Source: the human T2T-CHM13v2.0 reference genome, Homo sapiens
Reading direction: 5' to 3' (one strand)
NCBI RefSeq assembly: GCF_009914755.1
Contig: NC_060925.1
DNA: 64,000 bases
In this document: positions 29,360 through 42,669 of the stretch, in pieces
How positions within the stretch are numbered: position 1 is the first letter of the stretch
Layout of the letters: every line of letters starts with the position of its first letter
Position numbers and translations under genes: made by a program
The notes under the pieces: model-generated
The model's database searches: none
Seen by the model: the letters and a program-made list of their open reading frames with translations, nothing else
What the model was told of the DNA's origin: nothing

Positions 29360-30679
29360 CCCATAGCACCATCCCATATGCCTGGTGGGCCTTGATGGGC
29401 CTCGTCTCACAAGGAGGGACATGGTTTTGCCTCTCAGCCTGCCTGCCTCAGCCTAGGCTTTAGTTCCAGGGAGCAGAAATGACCAGACAGCTCATGGCTC
29501 CTGGGGTGGGCAGAACTTTAGCCACTGTGTCCACTTATCCACATGTTAGGCCATGTGGCAAGCAGGTCAGACAGAGCGTCAACCTAATGGTAGGCCAGGC
29601 ACCAGGCCTCTTGGCAGGTCATGTGGGTCAGAACACAGGTCAGACCACACATCGGGCCACACATGAGGATATGGCTCAGACCACCTGTCAGGACACAAGT
29701 CCCCGCTTGATGTCCAGCAATTAAAGCCATGGAACTGATTAGGTAACGTGAAATCTCCATCCTCGGGCTCTGTGGTACCAAATCCCAGCTCTCCCACTTC
29801 CCAACTGTGGAACCCTGGGCTAATGGTTGAACTTCAGTTTGTTTCCTTTTCTGAAAAATGGAAAGAACGATACCTGCCTCCAGGGGCTTTGCGTCGACCA
29901 GGCACTGGGTGGAGGGCCTAGACAGAGTAACGCATGGCATTGTTGAGTCCCTGAGCACAGGGGCCAGCTAGATAAATATGCATCTTGGGGGAGAGTGGGT
30001 CAGGACAGCAGGCAAAGGGGGGCTCTGGTAACCCCTGGTGAGAGGACAGGTAGGAGGTCATGTGGGCACCAGGGTGGGGAATAGAAGTCAGCCTGTGCAA
30101 TTGAGCTGCTGAAAGAACTTGCTACAGAGTCTCAGAGTTTGGCCCTCTCCTCTGTACTATGTTCTTGAGTGACACAAGTGAGAACACAGTAAAGCACCTG
30201 GATCAATTCTGTGAATGACTTAAGACAAGAAAAGGGAGCTCATTTATTTGAATGGCATATCTCAGGCTCACCACTGACAGGCCAGCACCAAGTTTAGAGA
30301 TTATATCTAACATAAATCTAACATCCTTCCCTTACTTTCAAATGCCAGAGACTCAAGCACAAAAGATGAAGGGACCTGAATTGACAGAAGTTCTTGTGAA
30401 CACAAGTTGACAAACTCCTATACATCCTTCAAGGACCAGATGATCTCTTCCCTCCTAGGTGAAGCCTTTCCGAGACTCCCCTTTTATACATGCTTTCATC
30501 CTAGTGCTTCTCATACTGGATCCTATTCCCATTCTCTCTCTCTGTCGCCAGGTAGACTGTGCCTTCCCTGGGGCTGAGACTATGTTTGATTCATCTCTCA
30601 CACACATCCCCAGAGACTAGCATAATGCCTAACACAGGTAGGGAATAAATGAATAAACGATCTCGATCACTCATTACCA

Positions 30680-30960
30680 TTTTGGCTGCCCAGAAGCTCC
30701 ACATGAGCTAACAAAGTTATATGGCCACTTACAGAAAAGTGACCTAGTTAGGCTGCATCAATAGAGGTATTATGACCAGAGAAATGGAGGAGAGAGTCCC
30801 TCTCTGTTCTGTACAACTCAGAAAGAATGCCCCGAAAGGAGAGGCCTGAATGGAGGTAGAGCCTGAAAGATGTGTGCCATGAAAGTATTCAAGAAAACCC
30901 GGGAGAGGAGCCTCAGAGCTCAGGAGCTGTCTGTAATGACCTGAGGGTCATCAGAGGTAA
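30680..30960 (+). mobile_element. L3/CR1 LINE fragment (ORF2 C-terminal region)
   Basis: Translates LGCINRGIMTREMEERVPLCS from 30748, matching the CR1 motif LGCI.R.I.SR..EVI.PLYS. Confidence 0.7.
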
Positions 30961-31640
30961 TGGAGGGGAGCCTAGGGCAGCCTTTCTCCAGGCCCCTTTC
31001 ACACCTCCACCTTCCCCAGCCCACGGCATTATGGCCGCCCCATCACACCCCACCCAGTGGAGATGTCAGACTTCCTGATCTGCTGCAGGGAAGGCTAGAA
31101 GCCACAGGTGGCCTCTTAGGGCCCAAACTGATGGCTTCTGGCTTGAACGGTTATCCAGACGGCACAGAGAGGTAACTTCACATTGCCGGTTCAAACAATA
31201 GAATTGGCAAATCTCCCTAAACAAATATATCTAAATTCCGAATATAACTTCATTTCAACTTCATATCCCAAACTTACGTGTTTACTTCAGGGAGGAAGTG
31301 CTATTTTGTGGTTTCCAGGACAATGCAGTTCATAATTTTTTCACACCTTTCAGAGCAGGTGACAGCTTGCTTACAAAACCTAATTTATTCCCATGCAGGG
31401 CTTGGAGTTGCACTTTAATACACGCACCAATAACATATCACAATAAGGTTAGAGACAGGCACTCCCTCCCTCCATCCCAAATAGGCACTTTCTGGATCCA
31501 GCCATCCAAGAAGAGAGCTAAACCAAGTAGACACCTCAAGTGAGGCCTCCGAAAACCAGCAATAGGAAGCCTCCCAGTGTAATTTCGTCTTGGACCAAGT
31601 ACCACCACCTCATCCCCCTCCCCAGCTTAATTGCAGGAAG

Positions 31641-31661
31641 AATTGTTATGCTAATTAGCAT
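31641..31661. promoter_or_regulatory. Sox-Oct composite-like motif overlapping a perfect 14-bp palindrome
   Basis: AATTGTTATGCTAAT (31641-31655) and ATGCTAATTAGCAT (31648-31661) in a repeat-free island. Motif match only. Confidence 0.4.
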
Positions 31662-32004
31662 TATTCACCGAGTTAACAGAGCACAGGGTCTAAATTTAGA
31701 TCCCCTGCTGCAGAGGGCTCTGAATTCATTGGAAGCTGGCAAAGATGCTGGTGGGGATGGGGAGGTCCCCGGGCTGGGCTGCAGGACAGTGGAGGGGAGG
31801 TCATGGGGTCGTTCTCCCTCTCATCCCATCTTCAGACCTCCTTTAACTTAGAACAGAAGGCCTGTGACTCCTGGTAGGAAAGACTCCGAGGAGGCAAAAT
31901 CCTCTCCCAAAGGAAGGTTGAGCCAAAGGAAAGGGAAGGGCCCGAGGGCTGAGTGGCCATCATGTGCCCGGCAAGACACCCAGGTCACTGGTAAGAGCCC
32001 AGTG

Positions 32005-32210
32005 CCGTGGAGCGGCTCTGGCTTCATGTCACACACCCTGGGGTCCAGGCCTGACTCTTCGGCATATAAGCTGAGTGACCTTAGGAAAAGTTACTCTGCC
32101 TGTCTGGACCTCAGTGTCTTCATCCATAGAGGGGATCATGACATCTTCTTTGCAGGGCTGCTGTGAAGGTTGAATGAGATACTGCATGCCAAGTGGTCTC
32201 ACAGAGCTGG
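32005..32210 (+). mobile_element. MIR
   Basis: AGCTGAGTGACCTTAGGAAAAGTTACT..CTCAGTGTCTTCATCCATAGA..GTGAAGGTTGAATGAGAT. Confidence 0.75.
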
Positions 32211-32519
32211 GATTTGTACCCAGACATGTCTGAGTAAAATGGCTGCGTGGTTCTCCCCACCCTCCCTGGCTTCACCCCACTGTCATGCATGCCAGAGGGA
32301 GTAGCAGCTCAGCCCAATGCTGGCCCAGCCTCCTGTGACCCCCATTGCCTCGTGGGAGCAAAAGTGCAAGATGGGGCCAACCAAGGCAAGGAAAGTGTGA
32401 GCTGGGGTGGTCCTGCCTCCTACCTCTCCAGCCCCATCACCTCGGAGGGAAGCAGGGGGTCCAGCAACTCGTGAACCTGAGACCTCAGGTCTAGGGTCCA
32501 CCCTCCCGTCTTGTCACAG

Positions 32520-32725
32520 ACAGGCAGTATCATGGTGGTTAATAGCGTGAACTCCATCCAGGCTAGAATCCCAATTCCAGGGATTGGAATTGGGGCTTCA
32601 ATTTCTGCATCTGTAAGTTGGTGCCTTCCTCCCGAGGCTGCTGTGAGGATTCAACAAGCTGTTCCTCGTAAATTTCTGAGAACAGAGCCTGGCACATAGT
32701 AGGTGCCACCTACATGCTAGTTGCT
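32520..32725 (+). mobile_element. MIR with a rearranged core
   Basis: GTGGTTAATAGCGTGAACT at the 5' end and GTGAGGATTCAA..AGAACAGAGCCTGGCACATAGTAGGTGC at the 3' end. Confidence 0.75.
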
Positions 32726-33540
32726 ATGAGATTCTGAAAGTCTGGAGGCCAGCCCTGTTGAGGACCCTGCCTTGAGATCCCATCTGAGGTTTCTAAATCA
32801 GTTCTCACTGTCAGGGCCCAGTGGGTGTATCTTTGATGAGACATCTAAGTGAGAAATGTGGGACTTTCTTTTCCTCTGAAAAAGGAAAAGTTCTTAGATC
32901 TAAAGTTGGAATCCCCATCCCTGTACAACCCAGCCTCCAAAGATACCCTGGGCCCCATAGTGCTTCCCATCTGTTTCCTGGATTCCCAAGGAAGGCTCTG
33001 CACCCAGCCCTGTGCCCTGGCCTGAAAGCAAAGCTAAATCTCAGCCTCACGAACGCTTAGTTGAAAAACACCTCCCTGCTGCAGACCAGTCATCTCTGAG
33101 TCTATGGGGGTCTGTGGGAAAGCCCCCGATCCCTGGCAGTCAGGAGATGGGGGTTCAAATCTCTGCTCAGATCCCACTTGTTATGGGCCTCAAGCAGGTC
33201 TCTGGGCTTCTGTGAGCTTCAGCATCCTCATGTTTAAAGCCAAAGAGTACACTCCTCCAGAACAAGCTGGTTATGCAGATGAAACACAATAATGTGATGT
33301 TGTTGATGAAGCTGTAAAGTGCCACACAAATGGATGGATTACTTCCGTTATTCCTGAGTGTGGTCCCAGGTGTGCAGCTATGGATGAAGTACCTCTGGGA
33401 ATAGATGTGGGGGCTACATTCTCAGCCTTCTCCCAGCCCCACCTGCAGCTCTTCCATCATGGAATACTCTTCTGTCCTGTGAATACTATGGTTTTGCAGT
33501 TCACCTTCACAAAAGTCCCCTCAGGTAGGCACTGTCATTA

Positions 33541-34323
<783 letters not shown>

Positions 34324-35452
34324 CATATCATCTCCTTTATACAGATAGGAAACCTGAGACTCAGAGGGCTTCAGTTACTGCCCAGCATTCACCGATGAGT
34401 AAATGGCAGAGCCTGGACTAGAGCTCAAGCCTTCTGGCAGCAGAGTCCTGGGATGGGGATGTCATGCAGAACACTGGGGCTGAGTGGAAATCCTGGAATG
34501 AGTTCCCTGTCACTGGAGGTGTTCAAGAAGAGGTTGGACGATTATTTACCATGATGTTCTAGAGGATATTTCTTTATCAGGTGTGTGTTTGCTCCAGGAC
34601 AATGGTTTTCAAATCACTTAGCAGAATTCTTCTCCCAGAAGAGAATTTCTCACTCTACTCTAATTAATCCCCTATTAATGCCATACAGATCAAAGAGGAG
34701 CTTCTCTGTTTGGGCAGGATGGGCCCCAAGCCCTCGGAACTGCCCCTTCCCCACGTATGCTGTGCTGCCTCTGCGGTGCCCCAACACACCCCAGGGTTCC
34801 ACAGAAGAGTGTTTGAAAGCACTGGCCTGGAAGGTTTCTGAGGTTCCTCTAGATCTGAGGCCCCAGGGAACTGAGGATTTCTCTGAAGACACATGACAGG
34901 GAACACTCAGACCTCCCGGAGCAGGGGCGGGAGCCAGGGAAGGTTTAAGAGCTGTCAAAGACGCTACTAATGATTTTTAGTTACTTAATTCTCCTAGAGC
35001 TTTGACAGGTCCCCATAACTTAGGGTTTATTTGCTTTCTCTTGAATGTCACATATAATTCTTGCCAAAATGTTTATTTGCCTAATGCAACTTTTAGTGCC
35101 CTGGTAATTTATTTTCCTATTTATCAGCCAGGAGGAAGGAAGGCTACGTTTAGCCTCTGGCTCAAATGCAGAAAATAATACAGTGGCCCCCACCCTTTCA
35201 TCTCCACAGCACGACAACGTGCCTCACCTGCCACTGAGAAAAGCAAAGTCCGCTCCACCGTAAGGCCTCTCGCCCCTCCCATGTGGACCACAAGCTCAAT
35301 TCCATCCAGAAATCGGAGTTTTGTTTTCTTCAAAAAGAGCAGCCAATGAGGAGGTGAATTGTATCATCACAAGCCCTTGAGAGAGACAAAAGTCAATCCT
35401 CTGGATACAATGTCATTTCCAAATCGAATCAATTCTGTGAGTTGTGAGGGAA

Positions 35453-36180
35453 TTCAATTCAACCAACACTAATTGAGTGCCTACTATGTGCCAGGCCCTC
35501 TGCTGGGATGAGGATTCAGCAATAAATGAGCCAGCGTTTTGGCCCTCCAGGAACTGACGGCCAATTGGGAGACGGGAATGTAAACCAATAACGGCAATGC
35601 AATCTGGGCCGTAATGAGGAAGCAGACAGAGTGCTGGGGGATGGCGGGAGGAGGTGGCACACTGCCCCAGGAGCCAGCAGAGATGGCAGAGACACCATGA
35701 GATGCAGCCTCATATTATCCCAGGAGGAAGGGGTGGGGGGGGCATTGAAGACATAGGGAGCCCATTATAAGGGAAGGCAGATTGGTACCTAGCATGCTAT
35801 GAGGGACACGAGGGGAGAAGGCCTGGAGAGTGAGGCCGATCCTGGCAAGCCTTGGATGCTGCCCAAGGGCTTTGATGTCACTCATAGGCAATGGAGAGCC
35901 AATCGATAGTGTGCGTTCGATGATTATGGTAGCAGTGTGATCATGAACCAGGATTAGACTGGAGCTGGGTGTGCTGAGCCAGTGTAGGGCTCTGCAGTAA
36001 ATACAGGAGCAAGATGATGAGCTAATTGGAGGTAATGTGGATGGAGTCGGGGTGAGGGAGCAGCAAGCATAGGAGAGATTTGGCAGCGTTTCCATGTGGG
36101 ACCATGGCTGTTGATTAGATGTAAGGGTGAAGGCCAAGGAGCGGGTCACAGATGCCATCCCTGAGTAGGAAACACTGACA
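35453..36180 (-). mobile_element. L2 fragment
   Basis: ATTCAATTCAACCAACACTAATTGAGTGCCTACTATGTGCCAGGCCCT...TAGGCAATGGAGAGCCA. Confidence 0.75.
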
Positions 36181-37009
36181 AAGACCAGGTTTGTGGGCAA
36201 AGCAGTAGCCAGCTGTGTACATGTCAGGTCTATCAGACATGGAGATGCCCAAGGGAAGAGGATGGCCAAGTGGTTGTTGGGAATGAAGGTCTGGGAAGAA
36301 CCTGTCTGTGCCTCGGTGGGAAATGTGCGCTGGGCTGGGCTGGGCTGGGACGGTGGGGTTTTCCCCATCCCAGAACTTTTGGCCTGGCCCTAAGAGGTGG
36401 TGCTGACTTCATCAAATCCTCCCCACCACCACTACCACCAACCCTTTACTTGCTGTGGTCAATATCGACATGGCCCTGGGGCAGGAGGGATTCTTCTGAG
36501 AACTTCCCTGAGGCTTTGCATTCCTTTCAGAAGTTGGAGAGGGAGTCACAGAGAGGGTCCCCCAGGCCTCCAAAGGGTCAAGAGAGAAATAAGGGCACAG
36601 GAAGAGATCTTGGGCTCTTAGAAATCTAGAGAGAAGCCATAAAGAAGGGGGATTCATGAGCATCCCCTATGCTCAGGGGCCCCCAAAGCCATCTCAGTTT
36701 TCCCAGGAGGCTCACCCACTCCAGACCCAGATGTCCCAATTGCCCAGACTGGTTGGCTGTGGTCAGTGCATAGAAACCCCAGGAGTAGAGACCAGGTCAC
36801 TCACCAAGGGTGGAGCAGGAGTGTGCCAGCTTCCAGAAATTTGTGAAGAAGCCTAGGCACATTGGGGTCTCCTTGGGGTGACCTGAGCATGGCCAGGGGT
36901 GTGCACAGGCAAGACTGCAAAGTGCACGCAGCAAAGACAATGACAACAGAGTCATTCGTGCTGTGCCCTGCAGGGAAGGTTGGGGTTTTCATGGCCTGCT
37001 GAGCGGCAG

Positions 37010-37265
37010 CATAGACTTCAGAATCAGGCTAGGTCTGTGTCCAAATCCTGACTCTGCCACTGACACAGGTGACCTTGAGAAAATTGCTACTGTTATAGGT
37101 GATCTTGAGAAAATCATTTAACCACTCTGCCTCAGTTTCTTACTCTGTAAAATAGAAATGAGAATAATAGTACCTACCTCATAAAATTGTTATGAAAATT
37201 AAATGAGGTAATTATGTGAAGCACTTAGCACAGCATCTAGAACTTAATAATCACTCACTAAGTGG
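37010..37265 (+). mobile_element. MIR with an internal ~30-bp-period duplication
   Basis: Clear MIR core CTCAGTTTCTTACTCTGTAAAATAG..TAATAGTACCTACCTCATA. AGGTGA(C/T)CTTGAGAAAAT occurs at 37067 and 37097. Confidence 0.88.
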
Positions 37266-38359
37266 GTGGCTCTTATTTATTATTTTTTTACCATCATCAC
37301 CATTATCAAAGGGGCTACAAAAGCCAGAATGTGTGACCTTCCAGCCATGACCAGAGGAAAACTCTTGATTCTGTCAGAGAACATTGTTGGTTCCAACACT
37401 GGGAAGGAACATTCCTGCTATAAATTAATACACCAGACCCCAACCAGGCATGAAATTGCTCCAGGTTCTGACCACCTCCTGGTAGCCCATAAAGGCAGAG
37501 CCAAGTCCCACCCCCAAACCCACCAGCCCCTCAATAAGGGTAGCCCCATTGCCAGAGTCAGCTGTCCCCTGGACCACAGCTCCAGCTCATTTTTCTTTAA
37601 GTCCAGCCCCGGCCTGGAAGAAGAAAGCCCCTTCCCCTCTTAGGGACCCTTGTCATCAATTGGGGTCTGCTCACTGGACCTCCTTGACAGGAATCAGCTC
37701 AGAACCTTGAGAGACCAACAGATTCTCCTTGGGAACTGATGGAGGAGTCCCTTCCCAATGCTCCTCTCCCCACTTTTGTGTTCACAAGCTCCCATTTCCT
37801 GAGCACCTACTAATAGACACCCCACGCACACAGCAGCCACCTCTCCACATGCATGCCAAGGAACAGAAACTCTAAAATAACAAAGAACCCAAAAGTCATT
37901 GCTAATCACATTTGCATAATATGATTATTTTTTCAGCAGATTTACCTTCCTAATTACGTTTGTCTCCAACCAATATTAAAGTGATCTTGCATTCCCCAAG
38001 CACACTGGTGTTGAGCGAAGCTGCTCCAGAGGTGGTCCAGGAAGTCATCCTGGAAGCTGAGATTTTGCCACGAAGTAGACAACTCCAAGTTGAGAAATTA
38101 TTAAGACCCACCTACATTCCTTGGGGGGAAGAATAGCAGCAAATTGCATTTTTTACAGTGTTTTAAAGCTTGCAAAGGACTTCTTCAAGCATCTCATTTG
38201 ATCTTTACAATAACCCTGTCACCCACTATACAGGCAGAGAAACTGAGATTGCTTTTCTTACGACGTTTAGGAATAAAGCCAGGACTCCACCCTACATCCC
38301 CTGACTCCAAAGCTCTTCAGGGATGGTCTCCCTAAGAGCTCCCCTGGTCTTAACTGTAT

Positions 38360-39195
38360 AGTGTCTACCACAGATGTAGATACTGAAACAGAAATATAAT
38401 GGCCCAATTTGTTCATGTCTCCCTGTATCTGCACCCTTGGGTACTCCCCATTGCACACTGACTCTAGGATTGGCCATGTGACTTGCTTTCACCAGTGGGA
38501 CAGCATAGGAAACATGTCACAAACAGACACTTGCAAAGTGCATGCCTCATGCTGTTCTTGGATTCATTCCTTCAACTACCATGTGAGTAAGCTCAGGCTG
38601 GCCTATTGGAGGATGTGGGACACATGGGTCAATCGCCCTCATCACCCTGGCCAACAGCTCATCAGCCACCAGACCCGTGTGTGAGGCCACTGGAGTCCAT
38701 CCAGACCAGCCAGCACACAAGTGACTCAGCTGAGATCAGCCATGCTGAGCCCAGGCCACAGATTCGCTCAGCTGCCCCTAAGAGCCAGGATGGTTTGTTA
38801 CACTGCAAAACTAACACTAACTGATTGCTATGGCCTGAATGTGTATGTCCACCCAAATTTTCATGTTAAAACCTAACCCCCAATGTGACAGTACTTGCAG
38901 GTGGATCCTTTGGGAGGTGATTAGATCGTGAGGGCAGAGCCTTCATCAGTGGTATTAGCACCCTTATAAAAGAGCCCCAAGGGAGCCTCCTTCACCTTCC
39001 ACTAGTGAGGACACTGTGAGAACACAGCTGTCTATGAACCAGGAAGACATCCCTCACCAGACATCCAATCTGCCAGCACCTTGGTCTGGTATTTTCCAGC
39101 CTACAGAATGGTGAGAAATAAATTTCTGCTGTTTGTAAGCTACGCAGTCTACGGGATTCTTTTACAGCAGCCGGATGGACTAAGACATTGATACA
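38360..39195 (+). mobile_element. MLT1G/H-like LTR, interrupted near its terminus by MLT1A0
   Basis: GGCCATGTGACTTGCTTT..., end CTAACTGAT[insert]ACA. Confidence 0.7.
38826..39187 (+). mobile_element. MLT1A0-like solo LTR
   Basis: TGCTATGGCCTGAATGTGTATGTCC...GAGAAATAAATTTCTGCTGTTT...GGACTAAGACA. TSD CTGAT/TTGAT. Confidence 0.88.
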
Positions 39196-39699
39196 GGGAG
39201 TAACAGAGCATCCCACTCCTCACTGTAGGAGGGTTGTTGGCAGGGAGTGTTTCCATACACAGTCAGGCCCACACCCTCTCTCAGACTCTGCTATTCCCAA
39301 GCCCTGATCCAGCCTGGGTAATTCCTCCACCCCAATATTTGGCCTTGCTGAGTTCTGAAGCTCTGTTCTCAGGACATATAGAAGGTGTGTTTCTTCATCC
39401 ATCCTCTCATACTCCATAAACACTCCTTCCTAGTAAATCCCAATTACTGATGTGCTCTCCTCTCTTTGCGCCTGTAGAGACCCCACATGAAGTCAGTCAG
39501 GATTTCAGAAACAATTGCCCAAGAAAATTAAGCTGGAGTTTGGAAGGCCCAGAGGCAAATCTAGGCAGTCACTGAGGTCAGCTTTATCTAAGCCCAGGTG
39601 CCCTGACACCAAACCTTCTCACTGGTCTTATGAGGTGGCCTTGCTTGAGGCCAGGCCTGGATCCCTCTCTCCAGACAGTGCTGGCCCCAGTCATGTTCC

Positions 39700-39890
39700 T
39701 GTAACCAGCTTCATCCTCTTAACAGCTTTGTGACTTTAGCAAGTTACTAGTGCCTTTGTGTTTTTGTTTGCCCCTCTGTAAAATGGGTATAATAATAGTA
39801 CCTACCTCATGGGGCTATGTTGAGGTTCACATTTACATATGTAAAGAACTTACAAGAGTGCCTGGCACAAAGTAAGTGCTATGTAAGTAC
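39700..39890 (+). mobile_element. MIR
   Basis: CTGTAAAATGGGTATAATAATAGTACCTACCTCATGG...GTGCCTGGCACAAAGTAAGTGCT. Confidence 0.85.
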
Positions 39891-40269
39891 CACTTCCCAC
39901 TATACCTACTATAACGTCTCCTGTTATAATTATGGTGCTGGTTATTCTTGTTTCCATGTCTCAGGGGAAGGGGCCTGGAGGAGAAAGGACAGGTTCATGC
40001 TCTTGGTTTCAAGCCCTTACGTTAGCCTCCTGGAGGTCCCTTTAGCCTGCTCCATAGGTTCAGGACACACAAAACACCCTCTTTTCCCTGCCTTCCTTTT
40101 CCTGACCTAAGCCCAGCACGTGGTCTGTGCTCATTAGTCGGAAGGTTGTTCTCAGATCTACACTCAAGGCTGGTTCTCATTCTGGGGCAAGGACAGCCTT
40201 TCTACCACAGTTCAATCCCCAAAATCCCTCACCCTTTCTGTTCTCACTCCTCTCTTTAAGGTCGCAGTG

Positions 40270-40457
40270 AGGCAACTGGCACTGTAGATCCAGAGTCAGA
40301 GGGATCTGGTTCCAAATTCTGGCTGTGGCACTGACTAGTTGTGCAGCTTTAGACAAATCACTTAACATCTGAGTTTAGGTTTCTTCATCTTTAAGATGGG
40401 TTATTGATACCTGTCCCCTAAAAGTTGTCGTGAAGATTAAATGAGATAATATCCATA
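40270..40457 (+). mobile_element. MIR (3' part continues after the MLT at ~40920)
   Basis: GGTTCCAAATTCTGGCTGTGGCACTGACTAGTTGTG...GTGAAGATTAAATGAGATAAT. Confidence 0.8.
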
Positions 40458-40918
40458 TGTTAGTTAGAATAATGGTAGCTGCTATAAAAAATAAGCTTCA
40501 CTATTTCAGGAGCTTTTCACAATAGAAGTGTATTTCTCATTCACACAGTAGTTGAATGAGATTGTTTCTTCTTAATTGGTGGCTGTCTTTTGCACAGTGA
40601 TTTGGGAGCCCAGGCTCCTTCCATCCTCTGTCTCTGCCATCCTCTAGGGGCACAAAGCCCTCTGCATCTAGCCAATAAACAGAAGCGCAAAGTTGGGGAG
40701 GACATCCCTTATTTTTACCCACCTTTACCCAGGTGGAACACGCATCATCTTCCTCATGTTCCATGAATGAGACCAAGCCATGGGCACCATTTAGATGTGA
40801 GGTTAGGAATAGAAATAGACCCAGGCTGGGCAACACTGCTAGGCACAACCCTACAGTATGGAAGGGAAGCACAACCCCATGGTGGACAGACACCTGGTTA
40901 TGTTTGTTGCAGACCACA
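40458..40918 (-). mobile_element. MLT1J/K/L-like MaLR LTR
   Basis: TAGCTGCTATAAAAAATAA..CACAATAGAAGTGTATTTCTCATTCACA..CCCAGGCTCCTTCCATCCT. Confidence 0.7.
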
Positions 40919-41201
40919 GAGGCTTATAGAAATACCTTGGGCAGATAGGACATGCTCAGCAAGTACTTACAGTGGCTGCTGTTACTACTACTGCCACCAC
41001 CACTACCCCACTGCTGCTATTACTATTTGATTAATAGTTGCTGTGTGAAATAGAGATAATAACACCAACCTCATAGAGTTGTGAAAAGCATTAAATAAAG
41101 ATGCGAAAGCATAAATGATACTACTTGTCTCTTTCTCTTCCCACATCTAAGTCCCCAACTGCCCCTAGCATGCTTCCTAAGGTCAGGCCCTCCTAGGCTG
41201 A

Positions 41202-41502
<301 letters not shown>

Positions 41503-42164
41503 GGCTGAGCACCCTTCTAAATAGAAAGCCAGGCCCCCACTGACCCCACCACCACCCCAAGGTTGTATAGGGTACTTGTCCTTCTCCAGGCTCCCTCACC
41601 CTCTTAAGAACAACTAAAGATAGTTTTCCAAGTCAAGCTCACCTGATATTTTAATGGTCAGAACAGAATCCTCTCTGCCCACTTCTCACTGGAGCTCAAC
41701 ATGGACTCAAAGCAAGAAAAAATGGAATTTCATGCATTGCCTCCCATTCTCCATGACTTTTTCTATTCCAATAGAAATGATGTTTCAGGCAGCTGTTTTC
41801 CAAGTCCCCAATCCCACCAGCCTACTCCCTCAGTTTCTGTAAATTCCCACAACCTCCCACTTCTTTCTGGACTATTTACTACGGACAGGATTTTGCTTTC
41901 AGGAGCAGGTGTCCCAGAGGTGGCTCTTCCTAGGACCAGGTTGTTAAAATTTAGAGTAGGTCTTCTGCACAGGCAGTGCGGCTGTTCTCAGTCTTGTCCC
42001 CGATCTTATATTTTTATTACTTTACAAGAGACAAAAGGAAGAAGCCTGTGTTGGAGATACAGACACAAACAGAAGGGGTTGTTTGAGAGGAAGGCTGGAG
42101 GAGAAACACAGAGGGAAGGATGGAGATTCATCAGACATGAGTTCTATCCTGCCCTCATTCTCTA

Positions 42165-42370
42165 GAGTGATATAGTGGGTTTGAATTCTTATTCTGCCTC
42201 CATAGCTGTATAATGTTTATAAAATCATTTTACCTCCCTGAACCTCAGTTTCTTCATCTATAAAATGGGACCTGATACTCACCTCATAGGATTATTGAGA
42301 GGATTTAACAAGCGTAATATTGCAACACAGCTGGCATGGTGCATGACGCTTAGTAGGGCAGTCAACAAAT
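42165..42370 (+). mobile_element. MIR
   Basis: CCTGAACCTCAGTTTCTTCATCTATAAAATGGG...CATAGGATTATTGAGAGGATT. Confidence 0.82.
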
Positions 42371-42669
42371 AACTCCTTTTGCCTTCCCCCTTCCAATGGA
42401 AACACAGATGGAACTTTCTGAGTCTGTGGTTAACTGGAATTTTTCTAATAAAAAGAATTTTTTCTGAATACAAACATAGCATATTGTTAGTACCTCTTTA
42501 AGTACAAGAACATTTAGAATAGTGCTGGGCTATGAGGGCCACAGGGCAGGAAAGTGGCCACAGCTGCTAAAAATCTTACGGTATAAACTTCATATTAAGA
42601 TATTAATATCTGATTCTTTTCACCTACAAAACAGCGATTTTATACAGTTCAACATAAATCAGATAGGAG

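Noticed and set aside
28281-29463. Overlapping 183-255 aa ORFs on both strands
   Set aside because: No recognisable domain. The sequence is GC-rich and stop-poor, and the ORFs run through MIR-like and (TG)n sequence.
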